Source: an uncultured virus (IMG/VR IMGVR_UViG_3300042559_001930)
Lineage: Duplodnaviria > Heunggongvirae > Uroviricota > Caudoviricetes
Virus record (IMG/VR): IMGVR_UViG_3300042559_001930
Strand: one strand, 5' to 3'
DNA length: 64,000 nt
This document shows, one piece after another, positions 44,177 to 54,214 of this stretch (the first letter of the stretch is position 1; each line of letters begins with the position of its first letter). A program made the position numbers and the translations under genes. The notes beneath the pieces were generated by a model, which ran no database searches, was not told the DNA's origin, and was given only the letters and a program-made list of their open reading frames with translations.

Positions 44177-45923
44177 AACTCATCTCCTTTTGTAAAGCTT
44201 CTAACGTTCGATACAGATACGGGGTTAAATCCAATCTTGGATCCGCAGCCATCGGAAGATCCGGTGATTGCGGGTGGGGCGTCTGCATCATTCCCCCCAC
44301 TAGCTTGGCAAACTGAGAGTAAGCACTCTGCAATTCGTTAACCATCCTGAACGGGAACCCAGATAACATCTCGGCCCGTTCCTCATCCGTCTTAGACGGG
44401 AAGAGGTATTTCAGTGCTTCAATGCTATCAACACCTAATTCTTGCAGATTTCGTACCACGATGGAGTTGTTGAGAATATCTTGTGTCGAATCTTCGTACA
44501 CAGGACCTAACCAGCGCCACAACATTGTGACATCCCCGTCAGGAATCAAGCCCATAACTCCAGGCGGAATCTGTTGAGCCTGAACACAAGCCATCATTAA
44601 CTGTTTAACTTTATCGTTGTGCTGCTTAAGTGCATCTTCATATGCAGCAACTTCTTCTTCAGATGAGTCTTTGGAAGGTGAAACAGGCTTCTCAAGTCCG
44701 GCTGCTTGTGCCAGGGTGTTTTTGAAAAGTTGCTCTTCTTGATAAATAATTAATTCAAGGCAACGACAAATGCCATGAGTATAAATAGCATTTGCTTTTT
44801 TCTTTGAAGTTGCAGAAACACGTCCAAACAACGACTTGTATTCAGTTGCCGTTACACCAGCAGAAATTGAAAGTTCATCAACACCGCCAAGAGCAGTACG
44901 AATCTCTTCTCGGTACTGACGTGCAAATGCATTTTGGTCACCAGTGATAGCATCTGGGACGATGTACCCAACACGGTCATTTGGCTCCAGGTTGGCAATG
45001 ACGCGTGGTACGCGGATGGTACCGTCAACTCCACGACTAATTGGATCAGACTTAAACGTCGACCGGCTTAATGCACTGGGACTATTGAAGCCAGAGTTTG
45101 CTGCAATAGATGGACGCTGAATAGTGGTATCACCTCCAGCTTCCATAAGGTCCGTCTTAGGACGTGACGAAAGCAATGTTGGGTTACCAAAGAACTGTAC
45201 GTTCTTACGCATCGTACGAACCATTTCATCGTGAATGATGATATGGTTGGCCATTGAATCAAAGTCGCCAACGCCTTCCGTAGAGAAACCTTTTGGGTTA
45301 TTAAAGATCTCAACGCAAGGAATAAAACCTAATGTATTTTTAAACGTTTTAGTTTTCCCTGGTACCGCATAGGAGGGCATGTCAAATGACATTTCACCTT
45401 CCGAATGGGTTTCTTCAATTTCGTCGGCTTTAATGGAAAGTCTAATGTAGCGCTTTGCACCCTGATCGCCTGTTACAGCCGAGCCAGTGATGCTCTTAAT
45501 GTTGATCGTGTCATTCAACCCAAAGCCCTTGCGGACTTTATAGCTGTAGATGATGACCACTTCATCTAGCTCACCATCTACGTTGTAATACGAGCGATAT
45601 TCGTGAGCGCGGAAGTAATAGAGACGGTAGTTAAATTTGGTGGGACGGATGTAAAAAAGACCCTTTCCGTCACACAAAAAGTATTCCCAAATGGAATCCA
45701 GGCGGATATCCATCTTGTTGTACTTCAGTACGCGGTCGATAAAATCTTTGCGTTGTGCACCAAAGTTATCTTGAGATGGGAAAAATTCAACCCCTTGGCG
45801 AATGCCAAAAAGTTTCATCTGCGCAATATGAGAAGCAATGATACCTGTGTCGACGCCAACGCTCCCATCTTTTTCAAGATAAGAATTAATGATTTCCTTA
45901 AGTCGACTTACAGCGTCAGCCAC
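43605..45923 (-). CDS. Portal protein with a long disordered C-terminal extension
   Basis: Size and position between TerL and scaffold; LGFIPCVEIFNNP...GVGDF motif. Confidence 0.75.
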   Translation of the reverse strand: MADAVSRLKEIINSYLEKDGSVGVDTGIIASHIAQMKLFGIRQGVEFFPSQDNFGAQRKDFIDRVLKYNKMDIRLDSIWEYFLCDGKGLFYIRPTKFNYRLYYFRAHEYRSYYNVDGELDEVVIIYSYKVRKGFGLNDTINIKSITGSAVTGDQGAKRYIRLSIKADEIEETHSEGEMSFDMPSYAVPGKTKTFKNTLGFIPCVEIFNNPKGFSTEGVGDFDSMANHIIIHDEMVRTMRKNVQFFGNPTLLSSRPKTDLMEAGGDTTIQRPSIAANSGFNSPSALSRSTFKSDPISRGVDGTIRVPRVIANLEPNDRVGYIVPDAITGDQNAFARQYREEIRTALGGVDELSISAGVTATEYKSLFGRVSATSKKKANAIYTHGICRCLELIIYQEEQLFKNTLAQAAGLEKPVSPSKDSSEEEVAAYEDALKQHNDKVKQLMMACVQAQQIPPGVMGLIPDGDVTMLWRWLGPVYEDSTQDILNNSIVVRNLQELGVDSIEALKYLFPSKTDEERAEMLSGFPFRMVNELQSAYSQFAKLVGGMMQTPHPQSPDLPMAADPRLDLTPYLYRTLEALQKEMSYAGRYRPVDPTDEPRTAVSSPEQLRDSSGSGAQQLPSGSGGVPSGDRLPPSDSSSEYQLPIRPYSVRPPIPTGGSTGGESLGIGVQQGGEPAERTSSIPVPGSTVSSDDLYPGQLRTSPKPGYLELGSPDLINQPGLIAQLFPNFVESFLSGRGGLPGSEPGKPSSDRRVRGGSSGPAKPVRPSTRRNAR

Positions 45924-45958
45924 TATTGCTCCTCTGTTTTAGTAATACTAACAATAAA

Positions 45959-46309
45959 TCAAGAAACTGTTTTGTTCTGGAACCCAGCAGGTGGTGTCAT
46001 TTGCCCAAGCTGAGGGCCCATGTAAAAACCAGCATTACCCATAGGCGTTCCTCCCCCTCCAGGCATGGAAGCACCGGGGACACCTTGCCGCATTATCTCG
46101 TGAAATCGCTGAAGGCCCCGCTGCTCTTGAATGGGTCCCAGAAGACGGTCTAGTTTTACTCCGCCCATATAATGCTGAAAATCTGCCTGGGACATGGGAA
46201 GGCGCGGGTCTTGTCCAACGGGAATACCAGCTGCCAGTAAGCCGCCGGGCCTTAAGTTACCAGCTGCCCCGGGAACGTTACTTTCGCCTTTTACCACTTG
46301 ATAAGACAT
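45959..46309 (-). CDS. Hypothetical Gly/Pro/Met-rich protein
   Basis: Own -10 box upstream. Confidence 0.6.
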   Translation of the reverse strand: MSYQVVKGESNVPGAAGNLRPGGLLAAGIPVGQDPRLPMSQADFQHYMGGVKLDRLLGPIQEQRGLQRFHEIMRQGVPGASMPGGGGTPMGNAGFYMGPQLGQMTPPAGFQNKTVS

Positions 46310-46332
46310 CTGAATCTCTCTTTGCTTCTATT

Positions 46333-46515
46333 TTACTCTTCTATTACTTCGTAACCAGAGCAATCGTTGACTTTATGCAGAATGATTCCATTTCCTTTTA
46401 CGTCCCAGTTGAGAATATCCCCTTCCTGCCAGCCAAGCTCGTCAACAACCTCATCGGGTAGCGTGATGTATTGATCTCCGTTTTCGTCCTCCTGGACCTC
46501 CAAGATGTAACTCAT
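46333..46515 (-). CDS. AbrB/MazE/SpoVT-type DNA-binding protein
   Basis: ITLPDEVVDELGWQEGDIL. Confidence 0.8.
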   Translation of the reverse strand: MSYILEVQEDENGDQYITLPDEVVDELGWQEGDILNWDVKGNGIILHKVNDCSGYEVIEE

Positions 46516-46805
46516 TTTTCCAAAAGCTTTTCCATTAGCTTATCAAGCTTATTGTTGATCTGCTTAAAGTTATCATGCATTTCTTTGATTTCTCTGAGGA
46601 AGTCAACTTTCAATACATACTCCAAAGGCATGCGATTGATTTGATCTTCCAAAATATCAATCCTTCTTTTTTGTGAACCGATATAGTCGTGAGCACCTTG
46701 AAGACGCTCTTGTTGACGGTCTAGTATTTTATTGGCCACCCAGCTACCCCCGGTAAATGCGGAGACAAGAGCTGTTAGGCCAAGGGCGAGATATTCAGGA
46801 CCCAC
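46512..46805 (-). CDS. N-terminal TM plus coiled-coil protein (holin-like)
   Basis: YLALGLTALVSAFTGG...YVLKVDF...INNKLDKL. Confidence 0.6.
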   Translation of the reverse strand: MGPEYLALGLTALVSAFTGGSWVANKILDRQQERLQGAHDYIGSQKRRIDILEDQINRMPLEYVLKVDFLREIKEMHDNFKQINNKLDKLMEKLLEK

Positions 46806-46843
46806 TGGTATAAAGTTTTGATTTTTCTTTATTTATTTTAGAA

Positions 46844-48370
46844 TTAGTAATCAAGTTGCAATTGACCTTTGCGTGCAAGACCTGTGACCAGCCACACTAA
46901 CGCATCAACACAGTCATCGTGACTACTAACGCCAAAGTTAGTTAGCTCTTCAAACATTGCAGTGAAATTACGGTAGCGATTAAAGATAATCTTTCGGTCT
47001 TCAAACATACCAATAATCCCACGGAAACGTGCCAACTTATCTGCGCGGAATCCTTTGACGGGGTGCCAGATTAAGTTATACAGTCCTTCATTGCTTAAGC
47101 AAACACGTTTGAAATCTGCTTCTAGCGATGCTTGGTATTGAACAGCTTCGGACCATATATCGCAAGTTGAATAAGTAGGGAAGTAATTGCCACCGTCATC
47201 ACGACCAAGAATAGACCAATCATTGAGAAGCTCCTTCATAGCATCTAGTTTTTCCAAATTACCCATTACGCGAATACGTCGGTAATCAATAATATGGATG
47301 CGGTCGCCAATGCGACCACCAAGAATCATAACTGTGTAATCGTTCTTTTCCTTGATGCCAGCAGACAAGTCAACGCCAATACCAAGAGCATCAAACTCTG
47401 TAGAGATTTCAGCCTTGACAATCAATTCAGGTGCCAACGACAGTTCGTTTTGCCTGATAATTTGATTCATGTACTGGAAGGAAAAAGCAATAGGTGCCTG
47501 TCGTTTCTTCTCTTTTAGATACTCCAATGACCACATCTCTGGCCAATAGGACATCTCCTCACCAGTCTTGGGATCATTGTGAATTGCAGACAGAATAATC
47601 TGCTGCCAATTGTTTTGTTCGTTGAACGTGGTGGAGTGAATGTCATCATGTCTGAAGCGAGTACCAAGGCAGATGGCGCGTGCCCCTTCAAACATCGTTG
47701 GTGCAATCACCGCGTTCCAGTTGTCCTGCATCATTTTTCTGATGTCAGGGTTTGCAATATCAGCGGCTGATTTGATGGCGTCATCAATCATCACCAGGTG
47801 CGAACGCTTAGAGGTCACTGAACCTTTCAAGCCTGCCGCACAGAGTGTGAATTGCTCGTCACCCGTTACGTCAATACCAGCAAACTTATGGTCAATAGAC
47901 CAATACTCATTACTGGTTACGTTTTTAAGAAGGCGTACTGTTGGAAAAACTTCTTGATATCGCTTACTTTCAATGATTCGTTTGATGGTTGCAGACTTAG
48001 AACGTGCAATATCAACGGTGTAAGAAAGGTAAAGAATCTGAAGAGGAAGCTTGGCAGTTGTATGGATCCCAATGGCCCAGGCTGTCAACAGGCCGAGCAC
48101 TGTACTTTTTGCTGAGCCACGAGGAGCAAGCAGGTCAACGTTAGGGCCAGCAATCTTGATTAGACAGGAGCTATCTTGATCTGTTACAAACTTGCGGTGC
48201 CACTCCTTGTGATGTTCCGCTGGAGGTTTATCGGCTACGTACTCGCAAAAGTAACCGAAGTCATCCCGTGCACGCTGGAGTGAATCCTCGTTCTTATTTT
48301 CTCTTACTTTGTAATTCTTGGAGGCAACACGTGCGTTACGCCTGTAAGCAAGATGAAGATAAGAAGGCAC
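46844..48370 (-). CDS. terL: Terminase large subunit
   Basis: APRGSAKST, MIDD, GTRFRHDD, GVDLS...DYTV, HDDCVDAL. Confidence 0.92.
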   Translation of the reverse strand: MPSYLHLAYRRNARVASKNYKVRENKNEDSLQRARDDFGYFCEYVADKPPAEHHKEWHRKFVTDQDSSCLIKIAGPNVDLLAPRGSAKSTVLGLLTAWAIGIHTTAKLPLQILYLSYTVDIARSKSATIKRIIESKRYQEVFPTVRLLKNVTSNEYWSIDHKFAGIDVTGDEQFTLCAAGLKGSVTSKRSHLVMIDDAIKSAADIANPDIRKMMQDNWNAVIAPTMFEGARAICLGTRFRHDDIHSTTFNEQNNWQQIILSAIHNDPKTGEEMSYWPEMWSLEYLKEKKRQAPIAFSFQYMNQIIRQNELSLAPELIVKAEISTEFDALGIGVDLSAGIKEKNDYTVMILGGRIGDRIHIIDYRRIRVMGNLEKLDAMKELLNDWSILGRDDGGNYFPTYSTCDIWSEAVQYQASLEADFKRVCLSNEGLYNLIWHPVKGFRADKLARFRGIIGMFEDRKIIFNRYRNFTAMFEELTNFGVSSHDDCVDALVWLVTGLARKGQLQLDY

Positions 48371-48399
48371 TCTATGTCTGCAGTTAAGTTAATACTAAC

Positions 48400-48549
48400 T
48401 TATTTATTGGAGCGTGACTCTTTAAACTTACGCGCCTTTTCCAAAGCGGCCTTGTGTTTTTCCTTGTCGTTCATTTGCGAGCCGTCCGCTTTCTTCGCTT
48501 CCGTCTTTTTGAAGTGCGCCAGGAGCTGCGGGGGCATTTTGTTTGCCAT
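48400..48549 (-). CDS. Small basic protein (49 aa, not in ORF track)
   Basis: MANKMPPQLLAHFKK...; GAGGT RBS; overlaps 48428-48721. Confidence 0.6.
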   Translation of the reverse strand: MANKMPPQLLAHFKKTEAKKADGSQMNDKEKHKAALEKARKFKESRSNK

Positions 48550-48721
48550 TTACCTCAGTATTTGGGGGAGTGGTACCAAACATTGCTTTTGCTGTACTGG
48601 CGATATCACTCGCACCAGCAACGTTTTGACTAGGGCCAAGGCCCATGCGGGTACGCTGAAGCTCGCGGACAATGTTTGGCATCCGTCCAGCAAGTTCAGG
48701 GATATCTGTAGAAGCAGACAT
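48428..48721 (-). CDS. Hypothetical protein
   Basis: TAAAAT upstream; C-terminal half overprints the 49-aa ORF. Confidence 0.5.
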   Translation of the reverse strand: MSASTDIPELAGRMPNIVRELQRTRMGLGPSQNVAGASDIASTAKAMFGTTPPNTEVNGKQNAPAAPGALQKDGSEESGRLANERQGKTQGRFGKGA

Positions 48722-48751
48722 TGTTTTGATCTTTTGTTTATTTTATGATTA

Positions 48752-49429
48752 CTATTCTTCTAGCTGCATGCGAGCCCAAACACTCATCGAAGCTTCATGC
48801 AGTGGAATCTCAATAGGATCATCTTTAAAAATGAAAACTAACTCACGAATTGCACGATCAGCTCCAGCCATTAGCAAGCCTTTGCGGTCCCTAGAAGAAG
48901 TGAAAAGATCTAATTGAGCAATAGTTCCACGAAGTTCTTTTTGCATGCTGGCAATCCTGGCGACTCCCGCATCTCGCTTGACGATATCATCCTCGACAGC
49001 TTGGCGTAACTTGCGAATATCTTCCTGCATCTCCTCAATTTCATTGAGAAGAACTTTTCTATGATCAGGTTTTTCAAATTCGCTGTTTACCCATAGGTCA
49101 CACGCCACAATGCTTCCTTCATAACCAAGAAACCTGGCATAAAGGAAACATTCAATAACAGAGTTGTTGTCTTTACAAAAGGAGAGGTAAGCTTCTTCAG
49201 CTGCACTATCCAGATTATCGATCCAGGTTTTAAAAACCTCAATATCGATAAGCTCGCTGGGCCTGGGAGTAATCGCGTGATTCGTCCCTCTCACCGAACT
49301 CCTGGGCCTGCTCTGCGGACTTGCGTTGCTCTTCTGCGCCGAGCGCGATGGTTTCACGTTCTTGTTCTCCTTGCTCTTGCATTTTCTCCTTGGAAGAGCC
49401 AACGGAGACATCTTGATAGATCTTAGCAA
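48752..49429 (-). CDS. Putative terminase small subunit (start uncertain)
   Basis: Helical/coiled-coil protein just upstream of terL. Confidence 0.5.
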   Translation of the reverse strand: MLRSIKMSPLALPRRKCKSKENKNVKPSRSAQKSNASPQSRPRSSVRGTNHAITPRPSELIDIEVFKTWIDNLDSAAEEAYLSFCKDNNSVIECFLYARFLGYEGSIVACDLWVNSEFEKPDHRKVLLNEIEEMQEDIRKLRQAVEDDIVKRDAGVARIASMQKELRGTIAQLDLFTSSRDRKGLLMAGADRAIRELVFIFKDDPIEIPLHEASMSVWARMQLEE

Positions 49430-49520
49430 CTCCAGCGGCTTTCGTGGCTTTATCTTCGTCGAAAAGCCACGAAAACGGATCTTCGGAATAATCCGAATCA
49501 GTGTTAGCAGAATTAGACAT
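49239..49520 (-). CDS. Acidic coiled-coil hypothetical protein
   Basis: Coupled to the upstream ORF. Confidence 0.6.
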   Translation of the reverse strand: MSNSANTDSDYSEDPFSWLFDEDKATKAAGVAKIYQDVSVGSSKEKMQEQGEQERETIALGAEEQRKSAEQAQEFGERDESRDYSQAQRAYRY

Positions 49521-49695
49521 TTAAACTACTGTCCCGGTTCTTTTTTTCATCTGAGCCAAAAGATTCCTCAGTGGTATCAAGTTCTTTTTCGGAACGTTTT
49601 TTGGCAAATTGATAAGCAACTTCTGCCGCTTTTTTATATAAGTTAAGATCTGAACTTTCAGTGGGCTCAGTCTTTGGCGCGGCAGAAGCTTGCAT
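49513..49695 (-). CDS. Hypothetical protein
   Basis: Operon member. Confidence 0.55.
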   Translation of the reverse strand: MQASAAPKTEPTESSDLNLYKKAAEVAYQFAKKRSEKELDTTEESFGSDEKKNRDSSLNV

Positions 49696-49697
49696 TA

Positions 49698-50003
49698 TCA
49701 GAAGTTCGTCATCATGCTAGCAAGACCTTGCGTCATGGTGCCACGGCGACCTTCAACGCTTTCTTGACGCTTTTGACGCATCTTGGAACCTTCCAGGCGG
49801 CTCAGGAGACCTTCGAACTCACCAATATCAAAAGACTTGGGACCATATTGAGATTGATATTGTTCTTTATCAATATCATTTAATTCTTTAATAGCTGCAG
49901 CTTTTACAGCCGGATCTTCAGACTTAGATTGAGTAACTAATTGCTGGTAGTACGCACCAGAGGTATACCCGCTTGTAGGGGTAGCAGTAGGAGTCTTGGA
50001 CAT
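49698..50003 (-). CDS. Hypothetical virion protein
   Basis: GAGGT RBS; TATACT upstream. Confidence 0.65.
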   Translation of the reverse strand: MSKTPTATPTSGYTSGAYYQQLVTQSKSEDPAVKAAAIKELNDIDKEQYQSQYGPKSFDIGEFEGLLSRLEGSKMRQKRQESVEGRRGTMTQGLASMMTNF

Positions 50004-50058
50004 GAGCACCTCAAAGGTTTCTTAAAGTATAGCAAAAGCTATTTTTAAATTATATCAA

Positions 50059-50757
50059 TTAAAAATTAAATGCACCCAGCAAGCCTTGGTAAATACCTGC
50101 TTCACCGCCAATGCGTGCAATGTCACGAGAACCTCGCTGGCGTGTTTCCTCTTGTTTGACGCCAAATTCACCACGTGTTTTTTCTACATCACGTGATGTT
50201 TCGCCTTGGATTTTTGCAACGTCTTGCAGGCCTGCATTAACAATTGCCTGAAGATTGATATTGTTTTGTGCCTGTATATTTGCAACATCTTTTGCGGATT
50301 CACCTGCTTTATCTGCTACGTATTTTTGCGCATTAGCTTGCGTGGTATAACCATACATCTGCGCGTTAGCGGAAATATTTGCAACATTAGCACTGCCTTG
50401 GTTTATTAAAGTTTGTAAATTTGATTGAATTTGTCCGTTGAGTTCGCTAAGGCCATACGCAGCCTTATAATTAAACTCATCCTGTGACATGAACTGGCCG
50501 TCAAAGCTATACAGGCCATCTGTATTTCCACTAGGAGGTGGAGCAGCCGCAGCAGCCGCAGTCGTAGCAGCCCCAGCGGCGCCACCTGCAGAATAATACG
50601 TTTGAGCGTTAGAGTTAAAACTTACGCCACCGGTATTCTTGGCATAGTTTTTTGCTTTATCAATGTCATAGCCGGCGTTTTCAAATTGTTCCAGCTCGTT
50701 TTGGGTAATTGTACCTCCAAAGCTTTGGAGGAGTTGTTGTGCTGTTTTTTTTGGCAT
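50059..50757 (-). CDS. Ala/Gln-rich helical putative ejection/pilot protein
   Basis: DVANI/DVAKI/DIARI repeats. Confidence 0.65.
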   Translation of the reverse strand: MPKKTAQQLLQSFGGTITQNELEQFENAGYDIDKAKNYAKNTGGVSFNSNAQTYYSAGGAAGAATTAAAAAAPPPSGNTDGLYSFDGQFMSQDEFNYKAAYGLSELNGQIQSNLQTLINQGSANVANISANAQMYGYTTQANAQKYVADKAGESAKDVANIQAQNNINLQAIVNAGLQDVAKIQGETSRDVEKTRGEFGVKQEETRQRGSRDIARIGGEAGIYQGLLGAFNF

Positions 50758-50788
50758 GGCTATTTTTTTATATTATAAAATTAAAAAT

Positions 50789-51442
50789 TCACATTGCAAG
50801 ATTCAAATTAGGCGTTCTGTCGAATAGCCCTTTACTCACAACTACTTCACGACTGCGTGCTTCTGGAGTACTCAAAAGCATATTACCAAAAGCAGCAGAA
50901 ACATCTGCAGGCTTGGAAATACCCATGCCACGGAATGCTTCTGTATAAGCATTTAACTCGCCTTCACTCAGGTTGCGTCCCAAAAGCTGTTGGGCATTTA
51001 ACTGCATAAAGGGTTGATACCTTTGATACTTAGAAGGATCAACAAAGCCTTGATCCATTGTGGCAAGTTTTTCCGCTTTGCTAAAAGCGTTTTTAACGTT
51101 GCCAAATCTTGCGGCATTTAAATATTCTTCTGCTGCTAAATCAGTGGAAATGGCACCGCGTCTAATTTGAGACTCTAAGGTTCCAAACAAATCTGCTGCA
51201 TCTTGTTTTCCAAACCGTCCGTATCCTTTTGTGATGTCTTGTAGTGCTTTTCTACCCGCTTGGATTCCAAGCATTGAACCAGCGCCTGCGCTTGAGCCAG
51301 TACCAAAACTACCTCCGTATGGCGAGGATCGGTTTAATAACTGTTCAAATTGATCACTAGATAGGTTTACTCCTGGCCCAGTGTTTTGCCCTGCATTAAG
51401 AATGCTTTCATAAATATTTTTGTCAGGTTTATTTTTTGCCAT
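50789..51442 (-). CDS. Hypothetical virion protein
   Basis: Clean ORF with own -10 box. Confidence 0.65.
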   Translation of the reverse strand: MAKNKPDKNIYESILNAGQNTGPGVNLSSDQFEQLLNRSSPYGGSFGTGSSAGAGSMLGIQAGRKALQDITKGYGRFGKQDAADLFGTLESQIRRGAISTDLAAEEYLNAARFGNVKNAFSKAEKLATMDQGFVDPSKYQRYQPFMQLNAQQLLGRNLSEGELNAYTEAFRGMGISKPADVSAAFGNMLLSTPEARSREVVVSKGLFDRTPNLNLAM

Positions 51443-51471
51443 TCTATTTAGTGCGTTGAATTTATTTTAGA

Positions 51472-51855
51472 TTACACAAACCTGTTAAAGGCGGCTCCAT
51501 AGCCAGGGGTGCGTGCACCAAAAAGTTCTACATTTCGACGCAATGCATCTCTGCGCGCATCAATTGAGCCATAAGAACCTGGGTTTGTTACCAAGGCGCC
51601 TTGCAGTGCGGTATCTTGAGCAAGATTAAAGCGGTCCGCTGGACCACCAAATAAAGTATCAAATTTTTTACCAGCTACATCAAAACCAAAATTAGCAATG
51701 GGCGCCTCACGTCCGGCTTGCTGAACTGCTAAAGCTTGTTCTCGTGCAGCAGCCCTTGCTTGATTACCTGCATTCTTACCGCCAGCCGCGCCGATTCCGC
51801 TACCAAGTAGGGAAGCTCCTCCTGCAATTACTGTAGCTGTTCCGGGATCTATCAT
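51472..51855 (-). CDS. Gly/Ala-rich putative internal virion protein
   Basis: MIDPGTATVIAGGASLLGSGIGA; the true start may lie across a frameshift (see findings). Confidence 0.6.
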   Translation of the reverse strand: MIDPGTATVIAGGASLLGSGIGAAGGKNAGNQARAAAREQALAVQQAGREAPIANFGFDVAGKKFDTLFGGPADRFNLAQDTALQGALVTNPGSYGSIDARRDALRRNVELFGARTPGYGAAFNRFV

Positions 51856-51954
51856 GGCACCTGCGGGTTTAGTGAGCGGCAAAAAAAGAAGACGTGGTCG
51901 GCGTAAGATAATTTGCCGGATTAGAAATTGCCATTGCCTATTCCCTTATTATAC

Positions 51955-52428
51955 CTAGCTGATATATTTTCTACGCGCACCAGCTAGATCTTGGGCGTAG
52001 ATGTTGGCAAGCAAGCCAGGAGTCCTAGATGTGATTTCAACACTAGCCGGATTGTATAAAGTTGTTGCAAGAGCTTGTCCCGTAGACTGAATTGCATTTA
52101 AGCCTTGTCCTAACATTTTCCAGCCAAAGGCTTCACGCGCTTCTTGTTGACGCTGCTTGGAAATCTTGTCATACAAAGTATTGTATTTGAGATCACCACG
52201 CTCTTCGGTATCTCTTTGCATTTTATTCATCATCCACAACATGCTTTCGTTGCTTCCCTGTGGATAAGGATTAGTTGCTCCTGGTTGTGTGCCAGTAAAA
52301 CTCGGAGTCAGTGGTGCCACATTCAACATCCCACCAAAAGCAGAATCAGTGGTTCCTGTAGAGCCAGGGGGATTAAGGCCTGCAATTCCACCTAGGAAAG
52401 GCAGTTTGGGATCGAAGGAATATGCCAT
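51955..52428 (-). CDS. Hypothetical virion protein
   Basis: Operon member. Confidence 0.6.
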   Translation of the reverse strand: MAYSFDPKLPFLGGIAGLNPPGSTGTTDSAFGGMLNVAPLTPSFTGTQPGATNPYPQGSNESMLWMMNKMQRDTEERGDLKYNTLYDKISKQRQQEAREAFGWKMLGQGLNAIQSTGQALATTLYNPASVEITSRTPGLLANIYAQDLAGARRKYIS

Positions 52429-52430
52429 GA

Positions 52431-53276
52431 TCAACCAATCGAAACGTTGGGAGCCGCTAGTACTACGTTGTAGGGGCTAGAAGCGATGTATTGACGGGCA
52501 AGAGCACCACGCTCCCGCTGGGCATCTAAGACAAGGTTGCTGGCCGTCCCAAGGACCATCTGCTGCATGTAAGCATTGTTCTGGGAGTTAAGCATCGACT
52601 GAGAACGAATTAACTCGTCGTTCTTCATTTTTGCAAGAATTGGATATTCAGCTTTTTGTTGTTCAATATCAACTTGATTTAAACGTTGAGTTAAATCAAC
52701 GATATTATTTGTGCGCATTGCAAGTTCATTGCGCCCTAACTCAAGGCCCACACCAGCGAGTTGCTTCATGCGTGCAACTTCGGTCTGAAAGTCACCTTTG
52801 CCTTCCGTTGGACGATCAGTTACTTCTTGACGGATAGCTTCTGCGCCACTAGCGACCATACCAGGGATAACAGTGCCGCCAAGCATTAACGCACCACCAG
52901 CAAGTTTTGCTAGAGGATTATTTGTTTTCAGTAGAGCGGTACCCAGACCAGATGTGAGGGCTCCTGCACCAAGAGCAACGCCTGCTCCTAGTGAACGCCC
53001 TGCGGCGGCTTCAGAAGCAGCGGTCATAGCCCCGGGGACCATACCTCCAATGAAAGCGGCGCGACCAAGGCCAGGGCGATTGGCAAGTCCCTGGAGAAGC
53101 TCGCCACCTTGTTGAACAGCACCTTCTAAAACTTTTTTACCACCACGCATTTTTTCTGTTACTTTTTCGCGTGCCCTGGCGAGAAAATCTTGCGAAGTAG
53201 GCGTAGAAGTATTGTAATTTAACGTACTGTAAGGTGCCTGTACAGGCGACGACCAGGGATCTGAATATACAGCCAT
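52431..53276 (-). CDS. Gly/Ala-rich membrane-like virion protein
   Basis: Central hydrophobic hairpin and coiled-coil C-terminus. Confidence 0.65.
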   Translation of the reverse strand: MAVYSDPWSSPVQAPYSTLNYNTSTPTSQDFLARAREKVTEKMRGGKKVLEGAVQQGGELLQGLANRPGLGRAAFIGGMVPGAMTAASEAAAGRSLGAGVALGAGALTSGLGTALLKTNNPLAKLAGGALMLGGTVIPGMVASGAEAIRQEVTDRPTEGKGDFQTEVARMKQLAGVGLELGRNELAMRTNNIVDLTQRLNQVDIEQQKAEYPILAKMKNDELIRSQSMLNSQNNAYMQQMVLGTASNLVLDAQRERGALARQYIASSPYNVVLAAPNVSIG

Positions 53277-53308
53277 TATTAAAAATGTTTCTTATAAAAT
53301 AGATTCTA

Positions 53309-54214
53309 TCAGTACTGCATACTTTCGTATTCAGCAGTCGTTGGCAGCCTTGGGCGATTACCGGCGGCAACAACTTCGTTGGCTACATTACCTGCAAGAA
53401 TGCCACCAAGAGAACCAGCAAGTCCTGCAATAGCTGATTTACGGAAGCGCCCAGGACCTTGAGTGGAACGTGCTGCTACACCAGCAGCGGCAGCACCACC
53501 AAGAACACCAAGAGCAGAAGGAATAGTAACGGGATAGTTCATCAAACGAACTTCCGGTACTCCTTGGAGATTTTCAGGAGTTGCTTTAATGATGCCAAAA
53601 AGACCGTTGTCTTGATAATAAGAACGCATGTAGTTACCATAACGTTCGGGTGTAAGGCTAGGAATATCTTGTTTGGCAGTTTCGTATTTCAAAGGCTGGC
53701 CTGTGCGCCCCAGGAACAACCGTTCAAATCCTTCTTGTACTGGCTGCTCTGTTTGCCGGCGATCATCAGCTCCTTCTGGTGAATAATTCTGAGCAAAGCC
53801 TTTGGGGCGGAACATTTCACCAACATTAGTCAGGTCATATGCACCAGCAACGGCAATGCCAGGGCCAAGGGCTGCAAGGTTAATAAGACCAGTTTTAAGT
53901 GGTCCCATTTCTTTTGCTGCTTGTTTACCAATAGCAGCGCCGCCTACCATATCAGCAATTGCGTTGGGATGGTTGCTACGCCACAACAGCATCCGCGTGC
54001 CGTCGTTGGTAAGGTCAGTAACTACGCGAGCTGCATAGGCTCCTGCAAATTGAGCCGGAGTTTGACGTGCACTAATTCCTTCTGCTTGAATCCCCTCACG
54101 AAAAGATTTAGCCCCTCTTGTTCCAGGGACAATTGAAAGACTATCTATTTCAAACTCACGCTGAAGACGTTCAGTTGTCTTGGCACCTTTTGCTAACGCC
54201 TGTAATACGTTCAT
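53309..54214 (-). CDS. Membrane-like virion protein
   Basis: Hydrophobic GxxxG segments. Confidence 0.65.
   Translation of the reverse strand: MNVLQALAKGAKTTERLQREFEIDSLSIVPGTRGAKSFREGIQAEGISARQTPAQFAGAYAARVVTDLTNDGTRMLLWRSNHPNAIADMVGGAAIGKQAAKEMGPLKTGLINLAALGPGIAVAGAYDLTNVGEMFRPKGFAQNYSPEGADDRRQTEQPVQEGFERLFLGRTGQPLKYETAKQDIPSLTPERYGNYMRSYYQDNGLFGIIKATPENLQGVPEVRLMNYPVTIPSALGVLGGAAAAGVAARSTQGPGRFRKSAIAGLAGSLGGILAGNVANEVVAAGNRPRLPTTAEYESMQY

Noticed and set aside
46333..46515. AbrB/MazE gene as half of a toxin-antitoxin pair
   Set aside because: No adjacent toxin-like ORF; solo AbrB-like genes are common in cyanophages
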